From: Planctomycetota bacterium
GTDB taxonomy: Bacteria > Planctomycetota > UBA8108 > SXIK01
Length of the DNA stretch: 64,000 nucleotides
Assembly (NCBI GenBank): GCA_965223265.1
Contig: OZ244999.1
Location: forward strand, 2,656,001 to 2,720,000
Reading direction: 5' to 3'
A model generated the notes under the pieces. It saw only the letters and a list, made by a program, of their open reading frames with translations. It ran no database searches and had not been told where the DNA came from. Shown piece after piece: positions 30,101-39,294 of the stretch. The position numbers were made by a program, and so were the translations under genes. Each line of letters starts with the position of its first letter. Position 1 is the stretch's first letter.

Positions 30101-31345
30101 CTGCTCCCGCCAGATCAGGACAACGCTTGTCAAGAGGCCGATGAACAATAGAGAGAGCACACCGACAGCCATCGTCACGCTTGTACGGTGACGCTGGTAG
30201 AATGCTGCGCCCTTCTCCCACCTCGTCTGTGGTCGCGCTTCGATCGGGCTGCCACGAAGAAATCGCTGCAGATCTTGCGACATTGCCTCCGCCGTGGCGT
30301 AGCGATCGCGAGGCTCCTTGCGCAGGCACTTCATCACGATCGTGTCGAGATCGACCGGAATGGCTGCGTTCAAACTGCGCGGAGGGCGAGGTTCTTCCTG
30401 AAGTACGCGGCTCAAAGTGTCACGATGGTCTTTGCCGCGAAACGGAGGTTCACGAGTGAGCGCCTCGTAGAGAGTCGTTCCGAGGCTGTAGATATCGGCG
30501 CGATGGTCGATCCGCTGCTTTCGGGTCTGGGCTTGCTCAGGGCTCATGTAGAGAGGAGTCCCGAGAATGTCGCCGCTGAGGGTCAGCGACTCCTGGCCCT
30601 CGAGTCGCGCTAGACCGAAGTCCAGGATGCGAAGACGTCCGTCCGCATCGATCATCAGATTCGACGGCTTGATGTCTCGATGGATGACGCCCTGCTGATG
30701 CGCATGCTGCAGGCCCGATGCGACATCGGCGAAGGCCTCAGCGATTTCGTAGCACTCCCGCGCGCTGACGGTGTCAACGCGATCTGCCTCCACAGCTTGG
30801 CTTTCACGTGGCACCCGAGGACTCGTGATCGGGCCGCCCGCTGCAAGTGTTTGCGCCAAGGTTCGACCGTCAACGAACTCCATGGCATAGAACGGAGTCC
30901 CTCCCTCGACCCCCATGCCGTAGACCGAGACGATGTTCGCATGGTTCAGCTGGCCTGCAACCTGTGCCTCGCGAACGAAGCGTACGACGTTGCGCGCATC
31001 GGCTGCAATCCCGGCTGGCAGCATCTTCAAGGCGACGCGCCGATGCATCGACTTCTGCCAGGCTTCATAGACGACGCCCATCCCCCCGCGTCCCACTTGC
31101 CGCCGCAGTTCATAGTCGCCGATCGTTCCGAGCGGTTGAGTGTCACCGTCACCATCACCGTCACCGAGTCGTAGGAAGGTTTCGAACTCGACCATGATCT
31201 CGGCGGCGAGCTGTGGGTGTTCCGCCTCGACGACTTCACGATGGATCCATTCACCAGCGTTCAACCGGTCGATGTAGGCGAGAAGGAGTTCGTCAACGCG
31301 TTGGGCTTTTTCGGGAGTCGGCGTCGTCTGCTGATCCTTACTCAT
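27110..31345 (-). CDS. Hanks-type Ser/Thr protein kinase with TM segment, WD40 repeats and TPR
   Basis: GRGGMGVVY, VALK, HRDIKPSN, DFG, GTPLYMSPEQ; many AFSPDG..LA WD40 repeats; YWNTLGVAHFR TPR; ATG at 31345 overlaps the end of the sigma gene. Confidence 0.93.
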   Translation of the reverse strand: MSKDQQTTPTPEKAQRVDELLLAYIDRLNAGEWIHREVVEAEHPQLAAEIMVEFETFLRLGDGDGDGDTQPLGTIGDYELRRQVGRGGMGVVYEAWQKSMHRRVALKMLPAGIAADARNVVRFVREAQVAGQLNHANIVSVYGMGVEGGTPFYAMEFVDGRTLAQTLAAGGPITSPRVPRESQAVEADRVDTVSARECYEIAEAFADVASGLQHAHQQGVIHRDIKPSNLMIDADGRLRILDFGLARLEGQESLTLSGDILGTPLYMSPEQAQTRKQRIDHRADIYSLGTTLYEALTREPPFRGKDHRDTLSRVLQEEPRPPRSLNAAIPVDLDTIVMKCLRKEPRDRYATAEAMSQDLQRFLRGSPIEARPQTRWEKGAAFYQRHRTSVTMAVGVLSLLFIGLLTSVVLIWREQRRTQAALQRVEESERSRADSLRHTQELLARSRLDVGTQMLDDRNPLGLLHVLEARRIAPQENPLRSVADWILSGWHQIFPNQLVDVLGTYGTGHVRAIAFSPDGRTLAIGCGRPNEAQIWNLSRGVLSELPLAHRARVTALEFSPTDGGIVATATDRGEVRLWSSTTGSLREMSHGTSVIFHLAFSPDGRLLASSSQREGTIKLWNCDDGVLDGPPIRHVRASEVRFSADGRLLAAGSNDGPAGVWRVDDREPHGSRVGKGNGMHRTAFSRDGRWLAVSSPGSAQLWRQDDMSPHGSPLPYDGDCVALSFDATSTYLATALADGTVQLWNAANATRHGAPLQHQSSVECMSFAPRGHLFATSLLDGTVHVWNAATARRHGLVLAHPSLVYKIAFHPDGRRLATASKAGYARLYDVSRAPKATHIPLSGEVHALAFRPRDSSLVIAHSKRSVDVWDLKTRSRERVLETIGPDIRTMAFRADGELLAVASKDGVVDLWSSNTWTRSASPLKIDTEITVVSFQPRTGALAVATREGTVRWIEPPYTEFADDLMAKPNGEVLAMAFSPEGELLATGGAGANTFVDMNSRRQRRPFAHGRTHALAFSPDGHYFASGNMSGAIEIWDRRVRRRIGAETRHASAIVDVRFSSDSRLLAAVSADGIARLWNLKTEPPFYSLPLLHSSRGRTLAFSSDGAQLAVGTTQSGVLLWPVPTIADSRSNELQTEATLAIQNEPKKSSRTRALAPFPWKYVREEASRSSRESTATSRPPSPEGGRVVGSQRLVAEIIATTKPLPTDSNAIAQSRYGELCDTLRRESENDEAALLCYSEWLLSSWALAHSECRPPASVSFDAALACIDTLEPSPSTRRQLAARLNDIAWSSLAETQPQTECLTLALRVAQVAVRFAPKRAEYWNTLGVAHFRTGEWAAAYEALKKTTRLRPPNAFDDFYLAMTFWHLGERQEALKHFDAALVELERTSRYDRALESVREEAAALLRIVTDA

Positions 31346-31943
31346 GACTTGCGTCGTCGCTATCGAGCGTCCACGGCGGGAGGTGAAGACTCTCCGTGTC
31401 TCCGAACTCAAGGCGGAGCTTCTTGAGTGCTCGAGCGAGTAGCTGCGCTACGGCCGCTTTGGAGCGCTGCATTCGCCTGGCGATTTCATCGCTCCGCACT
31501 CGTTTGACGCGGGCCAACAGAATCACCTCTCGGTGATCGGGGCTGAGTCGCCCCAGAGCATTCTGGAGGCGCTCGAATCGCTCCTGGCGCTGAATTATTT
31601 TCCACACGGGAATCTCTCCAGACGAGGTTTCCTGGTCGAGGCCGCGATGCGCGTGCGAGCGGCGTGCTCTGCGAGCCTCCTTGAGGATCACATTTTCGGC
31701 GATGCCTCCTAACCAGCGCATGAGAGAGTCGTCTCCCTGCCAGCGAAAGCGGACGATCGAACCATACGCTCGCGTGAGAGTCTCCTGAAGAACATCTTCG
31801 ACCTCGACTTGTGCACTCAGTTCAGGACCCAGACGCGCGCAGATGAGTGCCTGCAGGCGTCCTCTGAGGAGGCGGGCGAGCTGATCAAACGCGTCTCGGT
31901 TTCCGCCCTGCGCCTCTCGAATGAGCGCCTCAGTTGGTACCAT
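31338..31943 (-). CDS. ECF-type RNA polymerase sigma-70 factor
   Basis: AQGGNRDAFDQL, EDVLQET, WL..IA.N (region 2); LSPDHREVILL..EIARRMQRS..AV..LLARA (region 4). Confidence 0.9.
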   Translation of the reverse strand: MVPTEALIREAQGGNRDAFDQLARLLRGRLQALICARLGPELSAQVEVEDVLQETLTRAYGSIVRFRWQGDDSLMRWLGGIAENVILKEARRARRSHAHRGLDQETSSGEIPVWKIIQRQERFERLQNALGRLSPDHREVILLARVKRVRSDEIARRMQRSKAAVAQLLARALKKLRLEFGDTESLHLPPWTLDSDDASHE

Positions 31944-32242
31944 GCACCTTACATCCTTGTCAGTCCCCAGGCGTCGTCGCTATGACGCGCCAATTCTTCA
32001 ATTCTCCGTCGTCTGCAAACAGGTGCCAAGAACGGTCTTGGCGTGTCGCTGCCGGCTCAGTGCCACGCGGCGCACAGCGCGGCGGCAGTGGTGAAAAATG
32101 TTGGGATTTTGCGTCAATCGGGCGCCCTTTCGGGACTCACAAGGGTAGTTGCGTTACGATGGCGTGTTCCGACGGCCTGATGGTCCCTCCATCCTACGCT
32201 ACACTGGTTGCAAGACACGTCTCCGCAGTCGAGAGGATCAAA

Positions 32243-35200
32243 ATGCGATCACCGAAAAGAGACCTCACATTTCGATTTCTCGCGTTCGTCTTGCTCATGC
32301 TCGCCCACGCCTCCACGGTGGTCGGCAACGTCGTGATCACGGAGATTCACTACGAACCGGAGGACATCACCGAGCCATCCGAATTCATCGAGATTTATAA
32401 CTCCGGAGGCGAGGCCGTCGACCTGGGCGGTTGGTCGTTTGCTGACGGCATCCTCTACGACTTTCCTGATGCGACCATGCTGCCCGCGGCTGGATATCTC
32501 GTGCTAGCGAGTGAGCCGACGGTGGTCGCAGAGAAGTACGGCATCAGCGTTCTCGGCTCTTACGACGGCAAGCTGTCGAATCAAGGGGAAGAAATCGTAC
32601 TCGTGAACGCAGCGAGGGAGGAAGTCGATCGCGTCGACTATCGAATCGGCTTTCCCTGGCCGATCGCCGCCGCCGGTGGAGGCAGTTCAATGGGGCTCAT
32701 CCACCCGCTGCTCGACAACGACCTCGGCGGCAGTTGGCGCTCCGAGACGCCGACGCCTGGCGCGCAGAACTCCGTTTTCGCAGCGAACGCGCCGCCGCAG
32801 ATCCGTCAAGTGCGCCATGCACCACAGCAGCCGCGCGCCGACGAAGAGATCACGATCACGGCGAAGGTCACCGACCCTGACGGCGTCGCCGCTGTGAGCG
32901 TTTTGTATCAGATCGTTTCGCCCGGCGATTACATTCCCGCGTTGTTGCCGCACTCCCGCGCGATTCATTTCCGCGATCCCTCGACGCCGCAGGAGCCAAA
33001 TCCGGATTTCGAAGATCCGGCGAACTGGACGCGCCTCTCAATGACCGACGACGGCTCCGGAGGAGACGAAGTCGCCAGCGACGATGTCTTCACGGCGAAG
33101 CTGCCTGCGCAGCCGAATCGTACTCTCGTGCGTTACCGCATCGAGTCGGGCGATCGCGCCGAAGCGGGAGGTGCCGTCGTGCTCGTCCCCTATGCAGACG
33201 ACCCCTCGCTCAACTTCGCGCTCTTTGTTTATGACGGCGTCCCTGGTTACACCCCGACCGCGCGCACTGTGCATCCCGCGGGGCTGGGGCACACCTACAG
33301 CGCCGAGTTGATGAACTCGCTGCCCGTCTATACCCTGATCACGCGCGCGACCGATTTGGAGCGCTGCGTCGCTTACGACGGCACCTTCCAAATCGACCGC
33401 TCGAACAAAGCAGCGCGGAGCTACTTCAACTGGGAAGGCGCGTTTGTCTACGACGGCGTTGTCTATGACCACGTCCGCTACCGCCTGCGCGGCCACAACA
33501 AGCGCTACCAACTGCGCATGAAACGCAGTATGCGTTTCCGATTCAACAAGGGGCACTTCTTTCAGGCTCGTGATCAACGCGGCGAGGAGTATCCCACCGA
33601 GTGGCGGACGCTGCTGACCGGGAAGATGTTCGGCCCCCGGGACGTGGGCGGCTTTGGCGTCACCGAGACGATGAACAACTTTCTGTGGGACCTTCTCGGT
33701 GTGCCGGCGCCGTTCGTGCACACGTTTCACTTTCGCGTCATCGATGGCGCCGAGGAAGCGCCGACGGGCGAGTCGGGGCAGTACACCGGCGACTTCTGGG
33801 GCATGTTTCTCGCCATCGAGGACTATGACGTCCGGTTCTTGAGAGCGCGCGACTTGCCGCGTGGAAATCTCTACAAGCTCAAGGACCGTGAACTTGACGG
33901 TGGGGAGCAGCAGCGCTACCAGGCGGCAGACGCGGTCGCTGCAGCCGAGGACTACGACACCATCGTCGCCGAGCTTCATCCAACGCAGGACGTCGACTGG
34001 CTCGAGCGTCACGTCGACTGGGAACAGTTCTTTCACTACCACACGGTCGTGCAAGCGATCCGTCACTACGATCACGGCGTCTTCCCGACCCGGGAGAACA
34101 GCTTCCCACCGGTCGACACTCCGGCGCTGAAGAACGCCGCTTGGTACTTCGCGCCAAGCGACGACAACCCGCTCGGTAAACTGTGGATCTTGCCTTTCGA
34201 TACGGACCAGTCGTGGGGACCGAACGGCTCGCACCAAGGTTGGGACATGCCGTCGTACGCCATGATCGCGCCGCGTAACGACACTGACTACGAAGGCGAC
34301 GCGGAGCGGCAAAAGTCCGAGCTCTACGTGCGCTATCGCAACGTGCTGCGGGAGTTCCGCGACCTCGTCTGGAATGAAGAGACGCTGAACCCGATGATCG
34401 ACCGCTACGCCGCAGTCGCCGCCGAGTTTTCACCGGCTGATCGCGACCGCTGGAAGGACCATCCACTCACTGGCGGTGAGTTGAGCGATTTTGGTGCGCT
34501 CGAAGACCGCGTCGCCGACATGAAGGTGTACGCTTTCGAAGGTGGCTCGCACTGGCCGGTTCTCGGCCGCGAGACATCGCCTGTTGCACCGGGAGGACGC
34601 GCGATCGAGCTCGATGCGCGTGCGAACGTGCGAGAAGACGAGACGAGCATTCCAGGGACACCGACCGTGACTTATGTCGGCGATGCCGAGTTCTCGATCC
34701 GCGGCCTGACGTTTGAAACCACGCCGTTCGACGATCCCCAGGGCGCACAGACGTTTGCCGCACTCAAGTGGCGGGTCGGCGAAGTCACCGATGTGAGCGC
34801 GCCAGCGTATGATCCTGCGGCGCTGCCGATCTACGAGTGGACCGAGGTGTGGACAAGCGGTGAGCTGACAGACTTCGCAGCGCAAGTGACAGTGCCGCCC
34901 GGCGCCGTCCAGGTGGGGCGTTCCTATCGACTGCGCGCGCGCATGAAGGACGACTCCGGTCGTTGGGGGCACTGGTCGGCACCAGTGAGCTTTGTGCCGA
35001 CGCTCGAGGAGACGGAGACGCCTGGAGACGTCATCATCAGCGAGTTCTTCGCCGACGCCCAGGGAAGTGACGACGGCAAGGAGTGGATCGAGCTGTTCAA
35101 CACCACGGACGCTGCGATCGACCTCACGGGCTGGGTCCTGCGGGACAACGGCGAGGATGCGCACTCAGTGGGCGGCGATGGGCCCGTGATCATCGGCCCC

Positions 35201-35851
35201 AAGGGCTACTTGGTGCTTGGCGAGTCGCTGGACGCGGAAGTCAACGGCGGCATCGCGATCGACTACGCCTTCGGCGACGACATCACGCTTGGCAACAGCG
35301 CCGACGAGATCATCCTCATGCAAGGGCAATCGGTAATCCATTCGCTCGGCTATGGGGAGTTCTCATCCGCCCCAATGGCGATCGTCACCGATGTCGGCGC
35401 CGAGCCGGAACGCGGTGCGGCGCTTGGAATGGGGATGGACTACTGCGCGGGTCCGGTGGGGGTGTGGGAGAATCAAACGTCGTCATCATCATCGTCAACA
35501 TCCCCGGGGACGGTGCCTGCCACGGGAACTCCGGGCGCCGACAACGACGGTGTGGCGGTGTGCGTCACGGGTGGTACCGTGTTCATGCGCGGTGACGTCA
35601 ACTCCGACTTGATCGTGAACTTGTCAGACGCCGTGGCGATCGTGGAGTTCCTCTTCCGCAGCGGCGCTGAGCCGACCTGCATGAAGACCGCGGACGCCGA
35701 CGATGACGGCAAGCTCGATGCCGCGGACGTCATGCGCGTCTTGGGCTACCTCTTCATCAGCGACGGGCCGCTGCCCGAGCCGGCCGAGTGTTCCCTCGAT
35801 CCGACCGCGGACGACCTCAGCTGCCGGGAGTATCCCATCTGCGAAGGATAG
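32243..35851 (+). CDS. Secreted CotH-family kinase with lamin-tail domains and C-terminal dockerin-like module
   Basis: Signal peptide; LTD motifs VVITEIHYEP..EFIEIYN and VIISEFFAD..EWIELFN; CotH motifs YRLRG, RFRFNKG, GNLYK, RHYD, PFDTD; C-terminal FMRGDVNSD...TADADDDG. Confidence 0.87.
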   Translation: MRSPKRDLTFRFLAFVLLMLAHASTVVGNVVITEIHYEPEDITEPSEFIEIYNSGGEAVDLGGWSFADGILYDFPDATMLPAAGYLVLASEPTVVAEKYGISVLGSYDGKLSNQGEEIVLVNAAREEVDRVDYRIGFPWPIAAAGGGSSMGLIHPLLDNDLGGSWRSETPTPGAQNSVFAANAPPQIRQVRHAPQQPRADEEITITAKVTDPDGVAAVSVLYQIVSPGDYIPALLPHSRAIHFRDPSTPQEPNPDFEDPANWTRLSMTDDGSGGDEVASDDVFTAKLPAQPNRTLVRYRIESGDRAEAGGAVVLVPYADDPSLNFALFVYDGVPGYTPTARTVHPAGLGHTYSAELMNSLPVYTLITRATDLERCVAYDGTFQIDRSNKAARSYFNWEGAFVYDGVVYDHVRYRLRGHNKRYQLRMKRSMRFRFNKGHFFQARDQRGEEYPTEWRTLLTGKMFGPRDVGGFGVTETMNNFLWDLLGVPAPFVHTFHFRVIDGAEEAPTGESGQYTGDFWGMFLAIEDYDVRFLRARDLPRGNLYKLKDRELDGGEQQRYQAADAVAAAEDYDTIVAELHPTQDVDWLERHVDWEQFFHYHTVVQAIRHYDHGVFPTRENSFPPVDTPALKNAAWYFAPSDDNPLGKLWILPFDTDQSWGPNGSHQGWDMPSYAMIAPRNDTDYEGDAERQKSELYVRYRNVLREFRDLVWNEETLNPMIDRYAAVAAEFSPADRDRWKDHPLTGGELSDFGALEDRVADMKVYAFEGGSHWPVLGRETSPVAPGGRAIELDARANVREDETSIPGTPTVTYVGDAEFSIRGLTFETTPFDDPQGAQTFAALKWRVGEVTDVSAPAYDPAALPIYEWTEVWTSGELTDFAAQVTVPPGAVQVGRSYRLRARMKDDSGRWGHWSAPVSFVPTLEETETPGDVIISEFFADAQGSDDGKEWIELFNTTDAAIDLTGWVLRDNGEDAHSVGGDGPVIIGPKGYLVLGESLDAEVNGGIAIDYAFGDDITLGNSADEIILMQGQSVIHSLGYGEFSSAPMAIVTDVGAEPERGAALGMGMDYCAGPVGVWENQTSSSSSSTSPGTVPATGTPGADNDGVAVCVTGGTVFMRGDVNSDLIVNLSDAVAIVEFLFRSGAEPTCMKTADADDDGKLDAADVMRVLGYLFISDGPLPEPAECSLDPTADDLSCREYPICEG

Positions 35852-35880
35852 GGGCGCTCTCGCACGTCGACGCCACCAGG

Positions 35881-36074
35881 ATTCACCGCAGAGAATCAAG
35901 GCGTGGGGACTCAAAAGTGCAACGCGAGCTAACAGCGCCGTTGCCTCTGCGACTCTGTGGTAGAAGTTATCAGGAAGAGTCGTTCACCGCAGAGTTCGCT
36001 GAGTGGCGCAGAGTATGGATGAGAGGTTGATCTCGCGAGGTTCACTGCGTTCCGTGGTGCACTCTGCAGTGAAT
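35881..36074. repeat. REP-like imperfect palindrome cluster between convergent genes
   Basis: TTCACCGCAGAG at 35882 and 35983; near-complementary CTCTGCGACTCTGTGG (35945) and CTCTGCAGTGAAT (36062); the same 12-mer recurs at 59743. Confidence 0.65.
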
Positions 36075-36096
36075 CGGTGCAGCAACGTCGATCGCT

Positions 36097-38415
36097 CTAC
36101 TCCCCGCGGATCGACCGGATGGCCTCGATCGCCGCACCGCGGACGCGTGGGTTGGGCGAGCGGAGTGCCTGCTCGATTGCTGGGAGCGCGCTGGCAGCCG
36201 TCTGTCCCTTGCGGCCGAGCGCGTGGGCAGCTACGAGCGCAACGCCTGGGAAGGTGTCGGTGACGCTTTTCGCAATCGCGCTGATGGCCGCCGCGCCGAT
36301 GGCGTCGAGTGCCATGACCGCGTGCATGCGGACGAACGGGTCGCGGTGACGTAGCTGCGCCTCGAGCGCTGGGAGCGCGGTCACAGCGGCAGGACCCATG
36401 GCACGGAGTGCGCGCAGCGCAGGAATGCGAACGCTTTCATCTTCTAAGCTGGCGACGAGCAGATCCGGAGACTCTCCCGCGAGCTCGCCTTGACTGCGGA
36501 GGGCGATCGCGCACGCTGCGGCTCTACGCTCTGCAGTCGTGCCGCGACCGAGAGCCGCAAGACATTCTCGGGCGTCCCTGCCGTCGAACTCCGTGCCCTC
36601 GAGTCCGCTTGTCGGGAGCGCGTGCGAGGGTGGGGCGGAATTCTCTTCGCCCGCCGCCGGCGGTAGCTGCTCGATCAAGCGAGCAGCGACTTCGCGGATC
36701 GTTCGATAGTGCTCCGGCGCAACGCTCGGATCGGGGTTCAGCCAGTCAAGATCCCAGAGTGTGACGAAGTCGAGGAGCACGCCGCGCAGCGCCGAGCGTT
36801 CGATCTGCTGCTTGAGGCGGCGCAGCCATACGGTTGCCTCTCTCTTTGTTTCGTTTTGCGCCGGCGCTGCCGCGACTCTCGATTCGAGAAGCTGCAGGTA
36901 GCGGTAGTCGTCGATCCCTTCGCGGCGCCCCTCGTAACCGACGCCAGGGATCGGTCCGTCAGGGCTTGGCAGGATGAAGCCCATGATCTGCTCGCGCGAT
37001 GGTCGCCGCTCATCCGGCAGATACACCGGATGCTGCCAGTTGTCTTCGCCGTGGTGGTAGGCGTACGGCACGTTGCCGTGCAGTCCGAGCCCCCAGGTGT
37101 AGAGCCCGGCGTAGTAGCGGTTGGCCATCGCGTTTGTGATCCTGAGGTCGTGAAGGTATGTCCAGACGCGTGAGCGTTGCCGCACGGCTTCGCGCACCAT
37201 TTCAGGCGTCGGGAAGCCGCCGAGCACGATCCACACGTCGTGAAGATGGCCCCAGGCCACCGCGCTGTCGCCGCCCATCGCAGCGACGCTACGGCACTGT
37301 GCTAGTCGCTTGTACTGCGCGATGTGATCCACGAACTCTTGGCTGAACTGCGGACCGGTCCATGCCGGAGGCTCGTCGCGCATGTAGAGGAGAATCTCCG
37401 GCCAGTTCTTCTCGACGGTGAGCCGCCGCAAAGTTTCGACGACGAACGGTTTGCGGGGTCCAGTTGGATTGTCCTGGACTCCGAAAACCGGGATGTCGAT
37501 GTGCGTTAGTCCCGCCGCTCGACACATCTCAAGCTGTGTTTCGAGAAACTGCTGCGGATCGATGACGCCGCGGGCGAAGTCCGCGGGGCGAAAGAGATCG
37601 CGCCACTTGACGATCCACTCCGGCGTCGGCACCTTGCCGCCATCCTGGAACGCATCCAGCCCGAAGGCGGAGAAGTACGAGATGATCTGCGCGCAGTTGT
37701 GCCCGTGCTCGGCCTGGTCGCGGAGATACATCTCCTGGTGCTTGCGGCCGTAGTAGACGGGGACACGGTCGATGCGATAGTAGCAGCCGAACGCAGCGCG
37801 CGCTCGCGGCAATGCAAACGGCCGCACGTGGACGTCGACGTTCAGGACGATCGGGTCGATACCATTCGCCGCGATGGTTATGGACGCTGTGTAGGACCCT
37901 GGCGGAACGCCGTCGCGATCACCAAACGTGATCCAAAAGGCGGCGCTGCGGCCTGGACGGATCTCGCTGATTGCGCTGCCGGGCATGACGTAGAGGGGAA
38001 GGCTCGGGCGACGGTGATCGTACACTTGTCCATGGTCGAGCATGCGCCGGCGTGCCTTGGCCTCGTAGTAGAGGTAGCCGATCTTGTGCGGTAGCACGCA
38101 GCGCACCGCGATCGTGATGTTCCTCAGTGCTTCCGGTTGCGTCGACGGCATGTAGAGTCCGAGCTGGAGTGGCTCGTATTCATTCGTAGCGAGTTGCACT
38201 ATACGCTGCGCGTCGACTTCGCCTGGAGTCGGGACGTAGTCGGCAAAACAGGGCTGTGCATGGTAGCGGCTATAGACGACAAGGGGTCGTTCGAGGCGCG
38301 CCCCGAGTGCTGGCTCGACGTTCCGCGGCGGCGCGATGAGATCGGCCGCGGAGACAATGCGTGTCGTGGCGACCAGAATGAGGATCGCGTTCAGGGCGTT
38401 GGAGGCGGTGCGCAT
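36097..38415 (-). CDS. Secreted DUF4091/GH123-like protein with C-terminal HEAT repeats
   Basis: Signal peptide; NEYEPLQL, YMRDEP, YEGRREGIDDYRYLQLLE motifs; C-terminal ALRALRAMGPAA..ALPAL HEAT repeats. Confidence 0.75.
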   Translation of the reverse strand: MRTASNALNAILILVATTRIVSAADLIAPPRNVEPALGARLERPLVVYSRYHAQPCFADYVPTPGEVDAQRIVQLATNEYEPLQLGLYMPSTQPEALRNITIAVRCVLPHKIGYLYYEAKARRRMLDHGQVYDHRRPSLPLYVMPGSAISEIRPGRSAAFWITFGDRDGVPPGSYTASITIAANGIDPIVLNVDVHVRPFALPRARAAFGCYYRIDRVPVYYGRKHQEMYLRDQAEHGHNCAQIISYFSAFGLDAFQDGGKVPTPEWIVKWRDLFRPADFARGVIDPQQFLETQLEMCRAAGLTHIDIPVFGVQDNPTGPRKPFVVETLRRLTVEKNWPEILLYMRDEPPAWTGPQFSQEFVDHIAQYKRLAQCRSVAAMGGDSAVAWGHLHDVWIVLGGFPTPEMVREAVRQRSRVWTYLHDLRITNAMANRYYAGLYTWGLGLHGNVPYAYHHGEDNWQHPVYLPDERRPSREQIMGFILPSPDGPIPGVGYEGRREGIDDYRYLQLLESRVAAAPAQNETKREATVWLRRLKQQIERSALRGVLLDFVTLWDLDWLNPDPSVAPEHYRTIREVAARLIEQLPPAAGEENSAPPSHALPTSGLEGTEFDGRDARECLAALGRGTTAERRAAACAIALRSQGELAGESPDLLVASLEDESVRIPALRALRAMGPAAVTALPALEAQLRHRDPFVRMHAVMALDAIGAAAISAIAKSVTDTFPGVALVAAHALGRKGQTAASALPAIEQALRSPNPRVRGAAIEAIRSIRGE

Positions 38416-38541
38416 AGGTGGGTGGTCGGGTGTTGCGGGCAGCTTGTTGTTAGAGCGCTACACTGTAATCGAGGGCCCGCGGAAATGCAGCGGCAGAGAC
38501 AGACCGCGATCTGATTGCTCCCGCGCCGGTCGCTGCAACCG

Positions 38542-39294
38542 TCAAGACGATCGTGTTCGCCGAATCGGCCGCATCTGAGTCGGCAGCATGGCCTCGACTC
38601 GGTGAATCCACTGACTCCACAGACGGTGCTGCACGCGCTCACGTGCGACCTTCATATCCCACCACGAAAGCTCGTCTGCGTCATCCTCGGCAGCCATGTC
38701 GCTCTCATCTGCGGCCGCGATTTCACGGGCCATGGCGAGCGCCATTTCGATCGCTGCGCGTGCCGCTCCCTCGAGTCGACATTGGCGGCACAGCGCTGAA
38801 TAGTGGCGCAGTGCAAATGAGTACATCGGCGGATGGTTGCGCAGTCGATAGTAGATCGCCGCCAGGTGCCGTTCGCGATTGTCGCTGCGCAGGGCGATCT
38901 TGGTGATTCGCTCCAAAGCGGTGCGGGCGTGTTCACGCGCGTGTGGGTTCGGATGAGCGCGGTAACGGAGCATCACCGGCAAGGCGTCGAATGCCTCGGC
39001 TCCGATTTTCCCCAGGGCCCGAAGACTGGCTCTCAGACCGTAGCCGTCCCGCCGCCGCAGAAACGACGTGAGCCGCTCAACCGCCTCCTCGACCGGTGCG
39101 TCGACGGCATCTGCGAGCGCGCCGCCGAGCATGTCCACGGCGACGATGACTCGACCAGCATCCGGTTCGCTGGCGATCAGATCCAGGAGCGTGCGGCCAA
39201 CCTGACTCCGGTCACGCAGCGGCCGGAACATCGCACGAAGTTCGTCGAGGGAAGGCGGACGGAAGGCTTCAGAGTTCACTGTGGTCCTGCTCAC
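38542..39294 (-). CDS. HEAT-repeat-containing hypothetical protein
   Basis: LRALGKIGAEAFDALPVM...AREHARTALERI; lies in a co-oriented run and overlaps the upstream gene end. Confidence 0.6.
   Translation of the reverse strand: MSRTTVNSEAFRPPSLDELRAMFRPLRDRSQVGRTLLDLIASEPDAGRVIVAVDMLGGALADAVDAPVEEAVERLTSFLRRRDGYGLRASLRALGKIGAEAFDALPVMLRYRAHPNPHAREHARTALERITKIALRSDNRERHLAAIYYRLRNHPPMYSFALRHYSALCRQCRLEGAARAAIEMALAMAREIAAADESDMAAEDDADELSWWDMKVARERVQHRLWSQWIHRVEAMLPTQMRPIRRTRSS

Noticed and set aside
31934-32242. ORF-track N-terminal extension of the second CotH protein
   Set aside because: It overlaps the divergent promoter region; the signal peptide begins at ATG 32243 after GAGGA.
35478-35502. 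Poly-Ser (TCR)n run, and the GDGDGDGD run at ~31141-31170
   Set aside because: Short in-frame low-complexity linkers; no evidence of phase variation.
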